DNA of 64,000 nt, taken from Takakia lepidozioides. Lineage: Eukaryota > Plantae > Bryophyta. Below the pieces are notes generated by a model. The model did no database searches. It was given only the letters and a program-made list of their open reading frames with translations, and was not told where the DNA came from. The stretch is taken from assembly GCA_030704615.1 (NCBI GenBank), contig CM060732.1, forward strand, positions 63,798,001 to 63,862,000. Reading direction: 5' to 3'. Positions within the stretch are counted from its first letter, which is position 1; every line of letters starts with the position of its first letter. Shown one piece after another: positions 34,910 through 47,100 of the stretch. Position numbers and translations under genes: made by a program.

Positions 34910-35589
34910 GATTTCATGTTTGTAGTCCCTGTTGGGTGGTATTGATACTCATAGAAGTGTGTATGATACTCACGTTACCAGTTTTGAACATTTGGGCCAT
35001 GACAGTTTATGTGATGTCCGGCAACCATGTATGTTGGCATTTTGTCTTGCTCATACGCAGGTGTGCCGTGACGGTCTCTTATTTGAATGTAATATCACAT
35101 TTTCCTGACTTGTCGTCGTGTCCGTCCACCTTCTATGTGTATGTGTGATGGTCTTTGGTCTCCCTGGACTACGTCTATTTGGTTCATTAGCGTGATGTTG
35201 TGCATGCATCGTGGTCTTTGTTCTGAGTCTCGCCCAGTATCATTGCTTCTCAATTCCCCCTGCATATGGGTGAACCACTAAAACCACTAGAATGCATCAG
35301 AACCAAACTTTCAGCTTAGAATGCAGGTCATTTAGACAACTCACACAAACCACTACAAGTGCTCGTTTGCAGTGCTTTCAACCAACTAGCACAGTGGCAG
35401 CGGAGTTGGCCAAAGCAGTCCCGAGAGGGCACAAGCACTCTGCGTCTTTCCACTAGCAGTTGTACCCTTCACTACCATTGCATGGGGACGACGCCACGCG
35501 TCGACCCACACACTCTCCACGTGGTCCCCGTGGATTCGTCTGCCGGCAGTTGTGTGGTCGACTTCGCCAGTCGCTATTGCCACGTGACA

Positions 35590-36024
35590 TGCAACACTCC
35601 AAGTTATGTGGCCGACTGCGATGGGGCGTCTTGGGCCCGTGGCCACGCGGCAGCATTGCCGCTCGTCGCGGCGCCGCCACATCGGCGTCCACGTCCGCAT
35701 CCACGTCCGCGTCCATGTGTCACCGCGCCCCGGGTGAGTCAGTCCACTCATCCGGAGGGAGAAGTCAAAGTCAGCCCAAAAGGTCAGACACACGGGCGGC
35801 CGGCCTGGTTACGCCACGTGGTTCTTCAGCATTAATCGCATTAATCGCTGAGCAGTTGTTCGCGCGTCTGTGTCCTTTACCACTCCAATCATTGGATGTC
35901 CAACCCAACTACCACGTCTGTTGTAACTAGTTGTTTGTAACTTCCAGTCGATCCCATTTTTTTGACTTTTACGACTCAAAATGAGTCGTTACCCCAGTGG
36001 TAAATGACACGAATGCTTCTAATG
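35590..36024. repeat. CACTA terminus ('B-end'), variant CATTA
   Basis: Direct repeat of ~41400-41840. Ends GACACGAATGCTTCTAATG at 36024. Confidence 0.85.
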
Positions 36025-36367
36025 AACACAAGGATCCCTAAACTCCAAAGGCACCTTAAGCGATTGGGGAAGAGGGTTATGCGCCATCACCACCCGCAAC
36101 AAGTCGCCTCCACAAAGCACATGAGCAATGAAGCAAAGCAGGCAAACTTGCAAGGCAATAGAAGGGAGGGAGAGAGACTTCCCAGCACAAATGCCATTGC
36201 TAAAATTAAAAGCCAGAGGAGGGAAGATGCCATTGCATTCACAACAGTGTTTCCCGCTGCTAGAGAGACAAGGCGCCGCCTTCGCGCACCCCCAGGCACT
36301 CGCCCAGCACGGGTACGACACCACAAACGGGACGACATTCTTGAGCAAATGATGCAGGAAGGGCGAG

Positions 36368-39300
36368 CACTAGAAACATTCGTGTCTTTTCCGAATCGAC
36401 TGGGTGTCCGCCAACCACCTGGCAGTAAGCGGGACTACTGGAGAGTCGAAACGGACAATGTGGGCCCACGGGGGCATTTCAGACGGCGGGCAGAAGTGGG
36501 GTCAACGACTCCGGAGTCGTAGCAAAAATCCGGGATATTTAAATAATTACGGAAATACATAAAATTTGAAAAAACGGAAGTTCCAAGTGGTTTTAATTAC
36601 TGCACATGCGACTAGAAATTTTCATTCATAATTTGATTAATGGAATAAAGATATTTATTCATTATAGTGAATATGTAGTCGACTCAACGACTGCATGAAC
36701 CACTGCACATTGATTGCACCCGTGATTCGAGGCCACATTTGCTGACGTGTGTTTCACAAGAACAAGTAAAGAAAATGTGGCCTTGGGGGAATAGATATTT
36801 TAATATGTACTGCCTCCACCTGGAAGTGACATGGAAGGTTCATGGTCCAGCTTGTAGGGTTTGTCATTCTGAACACCGCCCTGGTGGACATGTATGCTGA
36901 ATGCGGGAGCATTGAAGATGCGAAGGTAGTGTTCGACTATGGCTCAACGAGATGTGGTGTCGTGGAGTGCGATGATTGCATTGGCAACAAGGCAAGGATG
37001 TATGCATGATTTGTGCAGAGGCAGTGATAGCTGAATGAGCAGGATAGAGTGTGGGTCCATATTCATCCAAGAGGGTCGGATTTCAAGCTCCAGATTACCT
37101 ATGGATCCCTGTGGAAGGATAGCTACAAGAAACCTCCATGGGTACATGGTCAGCTGGAAGCGGCAGCTGTAGCGGCACAGTTGATAAAATCAGGCACCTC
37201 AACCATGACCACAACTTCTGGAAGAGGATCAAGAGAGGGAGTCCACAATGCCTCTTCTGACACTTATGGGCATGTGAAGATGCTTTATGAGGCAGGCAGA
37301 CTGAAAGAGGCTCTACAAATTTTAAACAGAGGCATTTCAGCAGATGTAGATACGTATGTGTGTCTCTTGCATAAGTGCATCAAGATGAAAGGCCTAGAAG
37401 TTGGAAAGCAGGTGCACACCCACATTGTCCAAAGTGGATTCACGCCAAACGTTTTTCTACTCAACAACCTTGTCAACATGTATGTTAAGGGGAGCATCAT
37501 GGATGATCACCAAGTGTTCAACACAAAATGCCTCAACGATCTTTAATCACGTGGAATATAATGTTGGCATGATTACCAAGCATGGGCGTGGTACGAATGC
37601 TTTGGAGACCTGTGAGCAAATGTGCGAAGGGGTGAAGCCCAACCACATCGTGTTTGTATGTGTTTGCAATGCATGTGCAATCCTGGAAAAGGGGAACGAG
37701 GTCCATGGTGACATTGGTCAAAGCTGGAATTGCACCGGATGTCATTCTGAACACTACCCTGACCTGGACATGTATGCCAAATGTGGATGCATTGAGGATG
37801 CAAAGGGAGTTTTCGACACTATGGCTAAACGAGATGTGGTGTTGAGTGCGATGCTTGTAGGGTATGCACAATAGGGACGTGGGATGGAGGCTTTGGAGAC
37901 CTATGATCCAAGGATGGGGGAGGGGGTGAAGCCCGGCCACTTTGTGTGCATTTGCAATGCTTGTGCAAGCCTGGCAGCCCTGGACAAGGGCAAAGAGGTG
38001 CATGGGGATATCATCAAAGCTGGAATTGTACCAAATGTCATTCTGAACACTGCCCTGGCAGCTCTGGAAAAGGGGAAAGAGGTCCATGGCGACATCTTCA
38101 GAGCTGGAATTGTACCAAATGTCAGTCTGAACCATACCCTCATCATAGGAACTAGTGTGATTGGGTGTTTCCTAGGTTGTCATTGTCAGCTGCTAGCAGC
38201 AAGGGCAAAGATGAATGCATGATTTGTGCAGAGGCATGGATAGCTGAAGAAGAAGGGATAGAGTGTGGGTCCAGCTTCATCCAAGAGGGCCGGACTTCAA
38301 GCTCCAGATTACCTGTGATTCCATGTGGATCAATAGCTACAAGAAACCTAAATGGGTAGATGGTCAACTAAAGGCAATAGCTGCAGCGGCACAGTTGATA
38401 AAATTAGGCACGTCCTCAACCATGACTGCAGCTTCTGAAAGAGGATCAAGAGAGGGAGTCACAATGCCTTTTCCGCGGGGCATGTGAAGATGCTTTGTGA
38501 GGCAGGCAGACTGACAAAGGCTCTAGGTCTGGAAGCTGGAATCAGGTGCACACTCACATTATCCAAAGTGGATTCATGCCAAATGTTTTTCTACTCAACA
38601 CCCTTGTCAACATGTATGTTAAGTGCGGGAGCATCATGGATACTCACCAAGATTTCTACAGAATGCCTCAGCGATCTTTGATCATGTGGAATATAATGTT
38701 GGCAGGATTTACCAAACATGGGTGTGGTAGGAATGCTTTGGCGACCTATGAGCAAATGTTGCGCAAAGGGGTGAAGCCCAACCACATCACGCTTTCGCAT
38801 GTTTGCAATGCGTGTGCAAGCCTAGGACCTCTGGAAAAGGGGAAAGAGGTCCATGGTGACATCGTCAAAGCTGGAATTGTACCAGATGTCATCCTGAATA
38901 CTCCCCTGGTGGACGTCTATGCCAAATGTGGGTGCATTAAGGATGCGAAGGGAGTTTTCAACACTATGGCTGAACCAAATGTGGTGTCATGGAACGCGAT
39001 GCTTGCAGGGACATGGTATGGAGGCTTTGGAGACCTATGATCAAATGATGGGGAAAGGGGGGGGCACATTTTTCAATAGCACAACGGCTACAAGTGGGTA
39101 GATGGTCAACTGGAAACAACAATGGCAACATCACAATTGATAGAACAAGGCCACTGCTAATGAAGGTACATTCTTCAACATATTTCACCCTGTTTTCCCC
39201 TGCTATCAGAGTCGTTCCTAAATTTTCATGTTGAATTCTACAAGTTAGCTCGTTTGTGGATCTATGGTGGTGTTGGAGTGATTTTGACATGTTGCTGCCA

Positions 39301-41840
39301 ATGTGGTCGACAGGAAAATATCAAAAAACATATAATAGAGATGTGGAGAAGCTCTGGAATGAATACGGTTCCGACCCCAGCCAATGGTGGAACAATCCAG
39401 GCAAAAAGGTGAATGCCTGTTGGAAGCAGACGCAAGTCAGCATAGGAACTAGTGTGATAAGTAGGGTTGGGGTGTTTGCTGGAACAATTCTAGAGTGTTA
39501 TTGTCAGCTGCTAGCATCAAGGCAAGGATGTATGCATGATTTGTGCAGAGGCATGGATAGTTGAAGGAGCAGGGAGCAGTGTGGGTCCAGATTCATCTAA
39601 GAGGGCCGGAATTCAAGCTCCAGATTGCCTACAATTCCCTGTGGAAGCAACACACACCTCGCACACACAAGAGGTCCTCTTGGGTGCATGGTCAGTGAAA
39701 TCCTCCATGGGTCACGACACAAGGTCGAGGACAATGTGGTGAGGGCACCTTCTTCTTCGACCTATTTCAGCCTATTTTTCCCTCTCATCAGACCCAGCCT
39801 TGAATTTACATATTGAATGCTGTAAGTTAGCTTGTTGGGTGGATGTGGGGTGGTTTGGAGTGACTTTGACAAGTTACTGCTGATGTGGCAGCAGGAAAGT
39901 ACCCAAAAATAGATAACAAGATGAAGAGAAGCTTTGGGATGAACACTTTCCGATCCCAGTCAGTGGGGGGACAATGGAGACAAAAAGGTGAGTGCTTGTT
40001 CGACTCCAGAGAGAAGCAGTTGCAATTCAGAATTGGAACTACTGTTATGTCCTAGGTTGGGGTGTTTTCTGGAAGAACTTCATGCCGTCACTGTCAGCTG
40101 CTAGCAGCAAGGCTGAGGGATGTATTCATGATCTGTACACGGGCAGGGATAGCTGAGGGACCAGAGATAGAGGTCCAGATTCATGTTCAGGTTCAGGCCG
40201 AGGGATCAATAGCTAAAAGAAATCAGCTGGAGTAGATGGTCAATTGTTGCAAGTGGAAACAGTAGCGGCAACACAATTGATAGAATGAGGTGCTGCTAAT
40301 GAAGGCACCTTCCTCAACACATTTCAGCCTGTTTTTCCAAATAGGGTTGGGATGTAAGAACAAATCTAGGCTGTCATCATCAGCTGCTAGCAGCAAGACA
40401 ATGATATATGCATGATTTGTGCAGAGGCATAGATAGTTGAAGGAGCAGGGATAGAGTGTGGGTGCAGATTCACCCAAGAGGGCAGGCATCTTATTCAACA
40501 CATTTCACCTTGTTTTTCCCTCTAATCGGAATTGGCCCTAAATTTCCATGTTGAATTCTGCAAGTTAGGTGGTTGAATGAATCTAGTTTGTAGTGACTTT
40601 GACATGATACTACCAATGTGACAACAGGAAAATATCAAAAAACAAGTAACAGAGATGAGGAGAAGTTGTGGAATGAATACTATTCTGCCCCAGTCAATGA
40701 TGGGACAACCAAGGCAAAAAGGTGAATGCTTGTTATATTTCATAGACTAGCAGACGCATTCAGCATAGGAACTAGTGTGAGAAGCTGAGTTGGATGTTTC
40801 CTAGAATAAATCTAGGCTGTCATTGTCAGCTACTAGCAGCGAGGCAAGGATGAATGCATGATTTGTGCAGAGGCATGTGTAGCTGAAGGAGCAAAGAGAG
40901 TGTGGGTCTAGATTTCAAGCACAAGATTACCTATGATTCCCTGTGGATCAATAGCTACAAAAAACCTGCATGGGTAGATGATTTATTCCGTGGGACTCAA
41001 TCTGTCACTGAGCCTTGCATTATGAGGATCACAATTGCTTGGCAGCTTACCTGCATGAGGCCTTGACCCTTCGGCAATCCCCAGAGCAGTAGTAGCTTTG
41101 GGCTGCTTTTTTACTTTGGTTTTTTCATTTTGTATCATAAGCTCTTTGAGTTTTCCGCAGATGTAATGAAGTACCATTTTCATTTCATTTCATTTTGTTT
41201 TGTTTCATGGCATGTCTTTCATTGTTTTCGCATTTCTAATGACATGATTAGTTCTCTTGTATGGCATTACATGCGTATGTACTAGTCGGCTCATTACAAA
41301 CACCAAAACTTCAAAGCATGAACCACTATGAGTGATTGTTCAAGTAATTTCGAGCACTTCATTTAAAGTACTAAAGCAGTGGTTGCACTGACTTCCGTAG
41401 TCGCAATTGCCACTGGGCATGTAGCACTGCAAGTTATGTGGTCAACTACCACGTGGCAGCAGTGCTGCTCGTCGTGGCGCCGCCACGTCCGCGTCCACAT
41501 CATCGTCCACTTCCGCGTCCACGTCTGCGTCCATGTGTCACCATGCTCCGGTGAGTCAGTCCACTCATCCGGAGGGAAAAGTCAAAGTCAGTCCAAAAGG
41601 TCAGACGCACGGGCGGCCCGCTTGGTTACGCCACGTGGTTCTTCAGCATTAATCGCAATAATCGCTAAGCAGTTGTTCGCGCGTCTGTGTCCTTTACCAC
41701 TCCAATCATTGGATGTCCGACCCAACTTCCACGTCTGTTGTAACTAGTCGTTTGTAACTCCAGTCGATCCCGGTTTTTTGACTTTTACGACTCAAAATGA
41801 GTCGTTACCCCAGTGGTAAATGACACGAATGCTTCTAGTG
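36368..41840. mobile_element. Non-autonomous Pack-CACTA element carrying host gene fragments
   Basis: TIRs CACTAGAAACATTCGTGTC and GACACGAATGCTTCTAGTG (18/19 match). 3-bp TSD GAG at 36365-36367 and 41841-41843. Confidence 0.93.
36860..40980 (+). pseudogene. Captured, shuffled and multiplied fragments of an OSB-type PDF-motif plus PLS-class PPR gene
   Basis: PPR: GKQVHTHIVQSGFTPNVFLLNNLVNMYVK and LVDVYAKCGCIKDAKGVFNTMAEPNVVSWNAML. PDF motif: KLWNEYGSDPSQWWNNPGKK / HPRGPDFKLQIT..SMWI.SYKKPKWV. Many stops and frameshifts. Confidence 0.85.
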
Positions 41841-41843
41841 GAG

Positions 41844-42415
41844 GATATGCACAACGGGGGCGTGGTATAGAGCTTCGGAGACGTATGAGCAAATAATGCG
41901 GGAAGGGGTGAAGCCAGACCGGGTCATGTTCATTTGTGTTTGCAATGCGTGTGTGAGCCTGGCACCCCTGGAGAAGGGTAAAATGTCCATGGTTCCATTG
42001 TCAAATTTGGAAGTGTACCCGATGTCATTATGAACAATACCCTCGTGGACATGTATGCCAAATGTGGCAGTATTGAGGATACAAATGGAGTGTTTGAGAA
42101 TATGGCTGAACGAAATGTCGTGTCTTGGAGTGTGATGATCGCGGGATATTCTCCAGCATGGATGCGGGATGGAGGCATTGGAGACCTATGAGCAAATGAT
42201 GCGGGAAGGGGTAAAGCCAGACCTGGTCGCATAGATCTGATCACGTTCGTTTGTATATGCAATGCGTGTGCGAGCCTGGCAGCCGTGGAAAAGGGCAAAG
42301 AGGTTCATGGTGACATCATCAAGCGCTGGAATTGTACCCGACGTCATTCTGAACAATACCTTCATGGACATGTATGCAAAATGTGGGTGCATCAAGGATG
42401 TGAAGGGAGTTTGCA
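41844..42415 (+). pseudogene. PLS-class PPR gene fragment outside the Pack-CACTA
   Basis: YEQ.MREGVKPD, NNTLVDMYAKCGSIED, NNTFMDMYAKCGCIKD; frameshifted. Confidence 0.8.
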
Positions 42416-42439
42416 ATAATGAAGTTGTCCTACTTGAGC

Positions 42440-43200
42440 AATAGCTTATAACCCGTCCTAACCAAGTAGCCCAGAAAGGGGGATTAGGGAGCATCCATCC
42501 AAGTCCATTCACCAGGGTCGAACTGCAGCCTGCTCAGTGGGAGTCTTAGGAACTAGACAAACGAGGCTTTCTGAGCCCAAATGGACTCTGTTCCAGGTTG
42601 GGGACGCGGGTCAGACGAGCCAGAGACACGATCAAGAACTCGAATCCTATAAGCTTTGTTATGATCCAAATAGCCATGGCTCGAAAAGGAAAGCCTACCA
42701 TCTGGCGATGAACTGAGGATAAATCCCTGCCATGCAGTCTAGGTTGCCAGAGAGGCACTAGCTTCCAGATCGTCGGAAAGATCCCAACCAACAAGCTTAA
42801 AGAAGATCTTGAATTGTGCAGCCTCCCAGATGGAATTCCATGCCTGAGATCCTCTGCACTGAGTTTTAGTAGGACCAACCAAGGGGCCCAGGAAATGGAA
42901 TTGCGGGGGAATGATTGGACCATGTGAGACGTGACCAAGCAGCCCCAAGGCCTAGATCGGTGTACGAAAGATCGCGGGATCCATTTTGCCAGTAAGAGCA
43001 TCCCCAACAGGGCCCCCTATCAGCCACGGAAGCGGCAAAGTTCCGTGTCAGAGAGATAAGACACAAAAACCATGCCCCACCGGTGCACGTTACAATGCGA
43101 ACCGGACCCACGTTTGCCGTGCAACCGGTGGGGAGCAATCCAACTCCTGAGCTTGATGTACCCACATACAGAGCCACCGGTGGGGATGGTCTAAGGCAGT
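42440..43200 (-). mobile_element. Degraded L1-type LINE ORF2 fragment (region downstream of RT)
   Basis: GG.......ALL..LLAKWIPRSF...RPWGLL resembles the post-RT 'GGLG..L...ALLAKW' region of plant LINEs. Confidence 0.45.
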
Positions 43201-43265
43201 GATTTGCTTGGCGCGGTCAAGTCATCCCAAACCAGCTTCTTCTATATTTTCCAGGGCCTCCATCC

Positions 43266-43549
43266 CAGCGTGTTTTTTGCTGGTGAATTTTCGCCAAATT
43301 TCGACCTCAGGAAAAAAAAGAAATATTCTGTCGCAAATTCCCTGTTTTTTCATGGATGAAATCGCCAAATTTCTCCAAATGAAAAAAACTTATGGATGAA
43401 TTCGCCAAATATGGATGATATAAATGGATTTATGTACGGAAATGGATGATTCTGTCCTAATTTCACTGGATGAACAGAATGTATGGCTATTTTTTGCCAA
43501 ACCCTGTAGCCACTCGCGTTTTTTTTCAAATTCCAGAAAAAAAACACTG
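43266..43549. mobile_element. MITE-like element with CAG(C/T)GT-T-rich TIRs upstream of TOP2
   Basis: CAGCGTGTTTTTTGCTGGTGAATTT versus the reverse complement of the end, CAGTGTTTTTTTTCTGGAATTTG. Internal TCGCCAAAT repeats. No clean TSD. Confidence 0.55.
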
Positions 43550-43614
43550 CGAGTCCATCCCCTGTTTATTTAAAAAACAGAAAGAAAAAAGAAAAAAAAT
43601 CAACCGGGGGTCAC

Positions 43615-43622
43615 CCGCCAAA
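43615..43622 (-). promoter_or_regulatory. Putative E2F site (TTTGGCGG) in the TOP2 promoter
   Basis: Matches TTTSSCGS upstream of a replication/cell-cycle gene; motif match only. Confidence 0.4.
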
Positions 43623-44161
43623 GTGAAGGGTGTCCGTCTCTCCAACAGGCACAAAGTTTTGGCACGGACCCTCAACGAGAAAGACACAATCGTGGCCGTC
43701 CGTAGTTGGGAAGGACTGCATCGGGGCCGCTTATTTTGAAATTGGAAGCTACCGCCATGGCGACGGAGGAGCTCTACATATGCAGAGTCAGTGCAAGAGC
43801 GAGTTGTAAGTAGCACGCGTTTCGAGGAGCTCGTTTGTAGATCTCATTCTCTCTTGGCCTTCTCGCTTTGTGTCTGCGTTGTGTTAAGTTAGGTGTGAAG
43901 GCTATGTTGGCGTTTCTCTGTTTTGAGTTGTGTTGAAGGATCATCTTGGCTATGTTCAGTGTGGAAGGATCGTCTGTCGTGTGTCCGGGTCGTGTTAGGC
44001 TAGATTATGTCACTCTGTGTTGAGTTGTATTGAAGGATCCTGTCGCCTCTTGGCTCAATTCGGCGTGGAAGGATCATCTGTCGGGTGTTTTTCCCTTCAA
44101 GAGGTCTCGGTGATCCCCCCAGTTTGTCAACCCGCCCTGGTACCTCCAGTGGTCGACGGAA

Positions 44162-47100
44162 ATGGAGGGCTCAATGGCGGATCAAGAGAACGTTGGGGTT
44201 GTGAAAAGGAAGGTGCGGTCGTCTTAACTTTCGGGAGCCTTCTGTGGCTCTCTGCATTTCGGATGTGGTTGCTTGTGTTGCGAAGGGATGTAATAGGGGT
44301 ATGTTGCAGGTGGCGAGAGCTAAGACTGGAGCGGAAAAGGCTCCGAAGGGCAAGGCGAGCTCCAAGCTACCCCTCCAATCAAGCTCCGGTTTCAATGTGG
44401 ACGCGAACGATGTCAATGAGATCGTCGCTCAGGCCGGTGGCAAGACCATCGAGGAAACATACCAGAAGAAAACTCAGCTCGAGCACATTTTGTTGCGGCC
44501 GGATACGTATGTGGGGAGCATCGAGAAACATACTCAAAGCTTGTGGGTGTACGAGCAGGGCATCATGGTGTTTCGTTCAGTTACTTATGTCCCTGGCCTT
44601 TACAAGATTTTTGATGAGATTCTTGTCAATGCTGCTGACAACAAGCAGCGGGACGCCTCCATGGACTGTGTGAAGGTCCGTTTTCGCATGGACAATTGTA
44701 TTGGACCGTGATTTGGCTGACGCCCTTGGTAGAGTTGCAGTACGTCCATAACATCTAGCGCATATGTATCACCTGGGCAAACATCTCTTTGTAACCTGTA
44801 GCACGAGAGGGAACCCAGCCACATACGTCACATTCCAGGTGCAGCGCTGCAGTAGCTTGCTGATTGGTTGGAGTGACGCATTCTTACTGAAGGGAATAAT
44901 TCTGTGCAGGTGGACATCGATGTGCAGCAGAATACGATAAGTGTGTACAACAATGGAGATGGCGTGCCTGTGGACATTCACAAGGAGGAGGGCGTTTATG
45001 TGCCTGAGATGATCTTTGGACACCTGTTAACCAGTAGTAATTATGATGACTCGCAGAAGAAAACAACTGGTGGTCGGAACGGATTCGGAGCGAAGCTTGC
45101 TAACATCTTCTCTACTGAATTCATCATTGAGACTGCCGATGGGAAACGACAGAAAAGATACAAGCAGGTCAGTCCCATAAATGGGCAGTCCATCACATTT
45201 TTGAAACATTTTTTACAACATCTAACTGTAACTAAGTGCATGATTGTGGTCCATTGATGTGAATAGGTTTTCACTGACAACATGTGCACCAAGTCAGAGC
45301 CTGTCATAACCAAGTGTAGGGCCAATGAGAACTGGACGAAGGTCACATTCAAACCAGACCTTGCCAAGTTCAGAATGATGCACTTGGAGGATGATGTGGT
45401 GGCACTAATGAGCAAGCGTGTCATGGACATCGCCGGCTGCCTTGGTAAATCTGTGAAAGTGGAACTCAACGGGCAGCGTCTCCCTATTAAGTCCTTCCAA
45501 GACTACGTGGGTCTTTATCTGTCAGTGGCCAACAATGGCAGAGAGGAACCACTTCCCAGGTTTACTTCTATTTCACATTGTGCAATGCATGATAGACAAT
45601 TTTTGTCTGATGTTGGATAAGTATGACTGTAAGTCTCATTGAAAAGATTGTCAAGGCCTACTCTCAAGCCATGGACAAAAGAGAAGAGGCGACGACATTC
45701 TTCGGCTGGCACTGTTGGGATCCTGTTAGATGCTTATCGATGTCACAGATTGCTCTGGGAAAGAAGGGCTATGAATTGTAGTGGAGATTTTTGGACGGTA
45801 AGGGGTGATGAAAATCTTCTGCTGCTCCACCTTGATTTTGAACTCCTGGCCTGTGTTGCAGAATCTATGAACGAGTCAGTGATCGATGGGAGGTTTGTGT
45901 AAGTCTAAGCGATGGCCAATTTAACCAGGTATAGTGGTTTTGCCTGCACCACGCATAAAGAATTTGTTGACTTATAATTAACAAAGAATGGAGGATGTGC
46001 AGGTGTATCTCATGTGAACTTTGTAGTCCTTCTGACAGAACTCAAAGGGTTCTAAGCAATCTCGCTATCAATAGCACTAGGTTTCAGTGTGTATGCAACT
46101 GTTTGTAAGCTAGCTAGGGGTGGCTCCAGTGTATTTGACTTCCTTGGTTAAATGGAGCAATCAAGCAGTTTGAAACGACAATAAGTTTTTGATGGCTTTT
46201 GTATCTGCACTTGCTTCCAGGTGAGTTTTTGTAACAGTATTGCCACAATCAGGGGGGGAACACATGTACAGTATGTGACCGACCAGGTTGTGAGCCATGT
46301 GATGAGTGTTGTGAATAAGAAGAACAAGACTGCAGGTGTGAAGCCCTTTCAGATCAAAAACCACATGTGGGTCTTTGTCAATGCTCTCATTGACAATCCC
46401 ACCTTTGACTCTCAAACAAAGGAGACCTTGACCAGTCGTCCTGGGAGTTTTGGGTCCAAGTGTGAACTCTCCCCGGAGTTCCTGAAGAAAGGTAAGAGTC
46501 TCATGCCCCTTGCACATAATGGCCTTTGGATCAATGAGTTCTGTGATATCTTGCTTCTGTTCTCCTTCAGTTAGAGAGCTGTCTCAGTTTTTAAGGTGGA
46601 CCATGCAGTGACAAAGTGTGGAGTGGTGGAGAGCGTCTTGACGTGGGCCGACTTCAAGCAAAGCAAGGAGTTGAAAAAGAATGATGGCACTAAAAGGCAG
46701 CGACTCACAGGCATCCCAAAACTAGATGATGCCAATGATGCTGGTGGTAAAAGTTCGCAGGAGTGCACCTTGATTCTTACTGAGGGCGATTCAGCCAAAG
46801 CTCTTGCTGTGAGTCCTGCTGAGATTGAAAAATCTTCATTTTTTGGATTCTTTAACAACTCTGGAAATTAAGTGGTGTGAAAATTATGAGAGAATTGAAT
46901 CTGAAACTTTTCAGCTCACTCAAACTTGTTTTCTGGTTCCGAAACCAAGGATGCACAGTTTTCCAGTTGAATAAGTTTTTAAGTGCTAGGTTGTTCTTGA
47001 GGGAAAGTATTGTGTTCATTTCTACCTGCATTCCTCAAAAGATTGCACAACTTGGCCTACTTGAGTGCTCCTGCTTTGTCCACATAGTCATCATGGACAT

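Noticed and set aside
15171-36823. A 21-kb element bounded by ~400-bp inverted repeats
   Set aside because: The two copies are the same CACTA subterminal region from two different elements, and their TIRs lie on the inner sides.
43757-43805. ATG at 43757 as the TOP2 start
   Set aside because: The 49-nt exon is out of phase with the 44310 acceptor. It is more likely a 5' UTR exon or uORF; the ATG at 44162 splices in phase.
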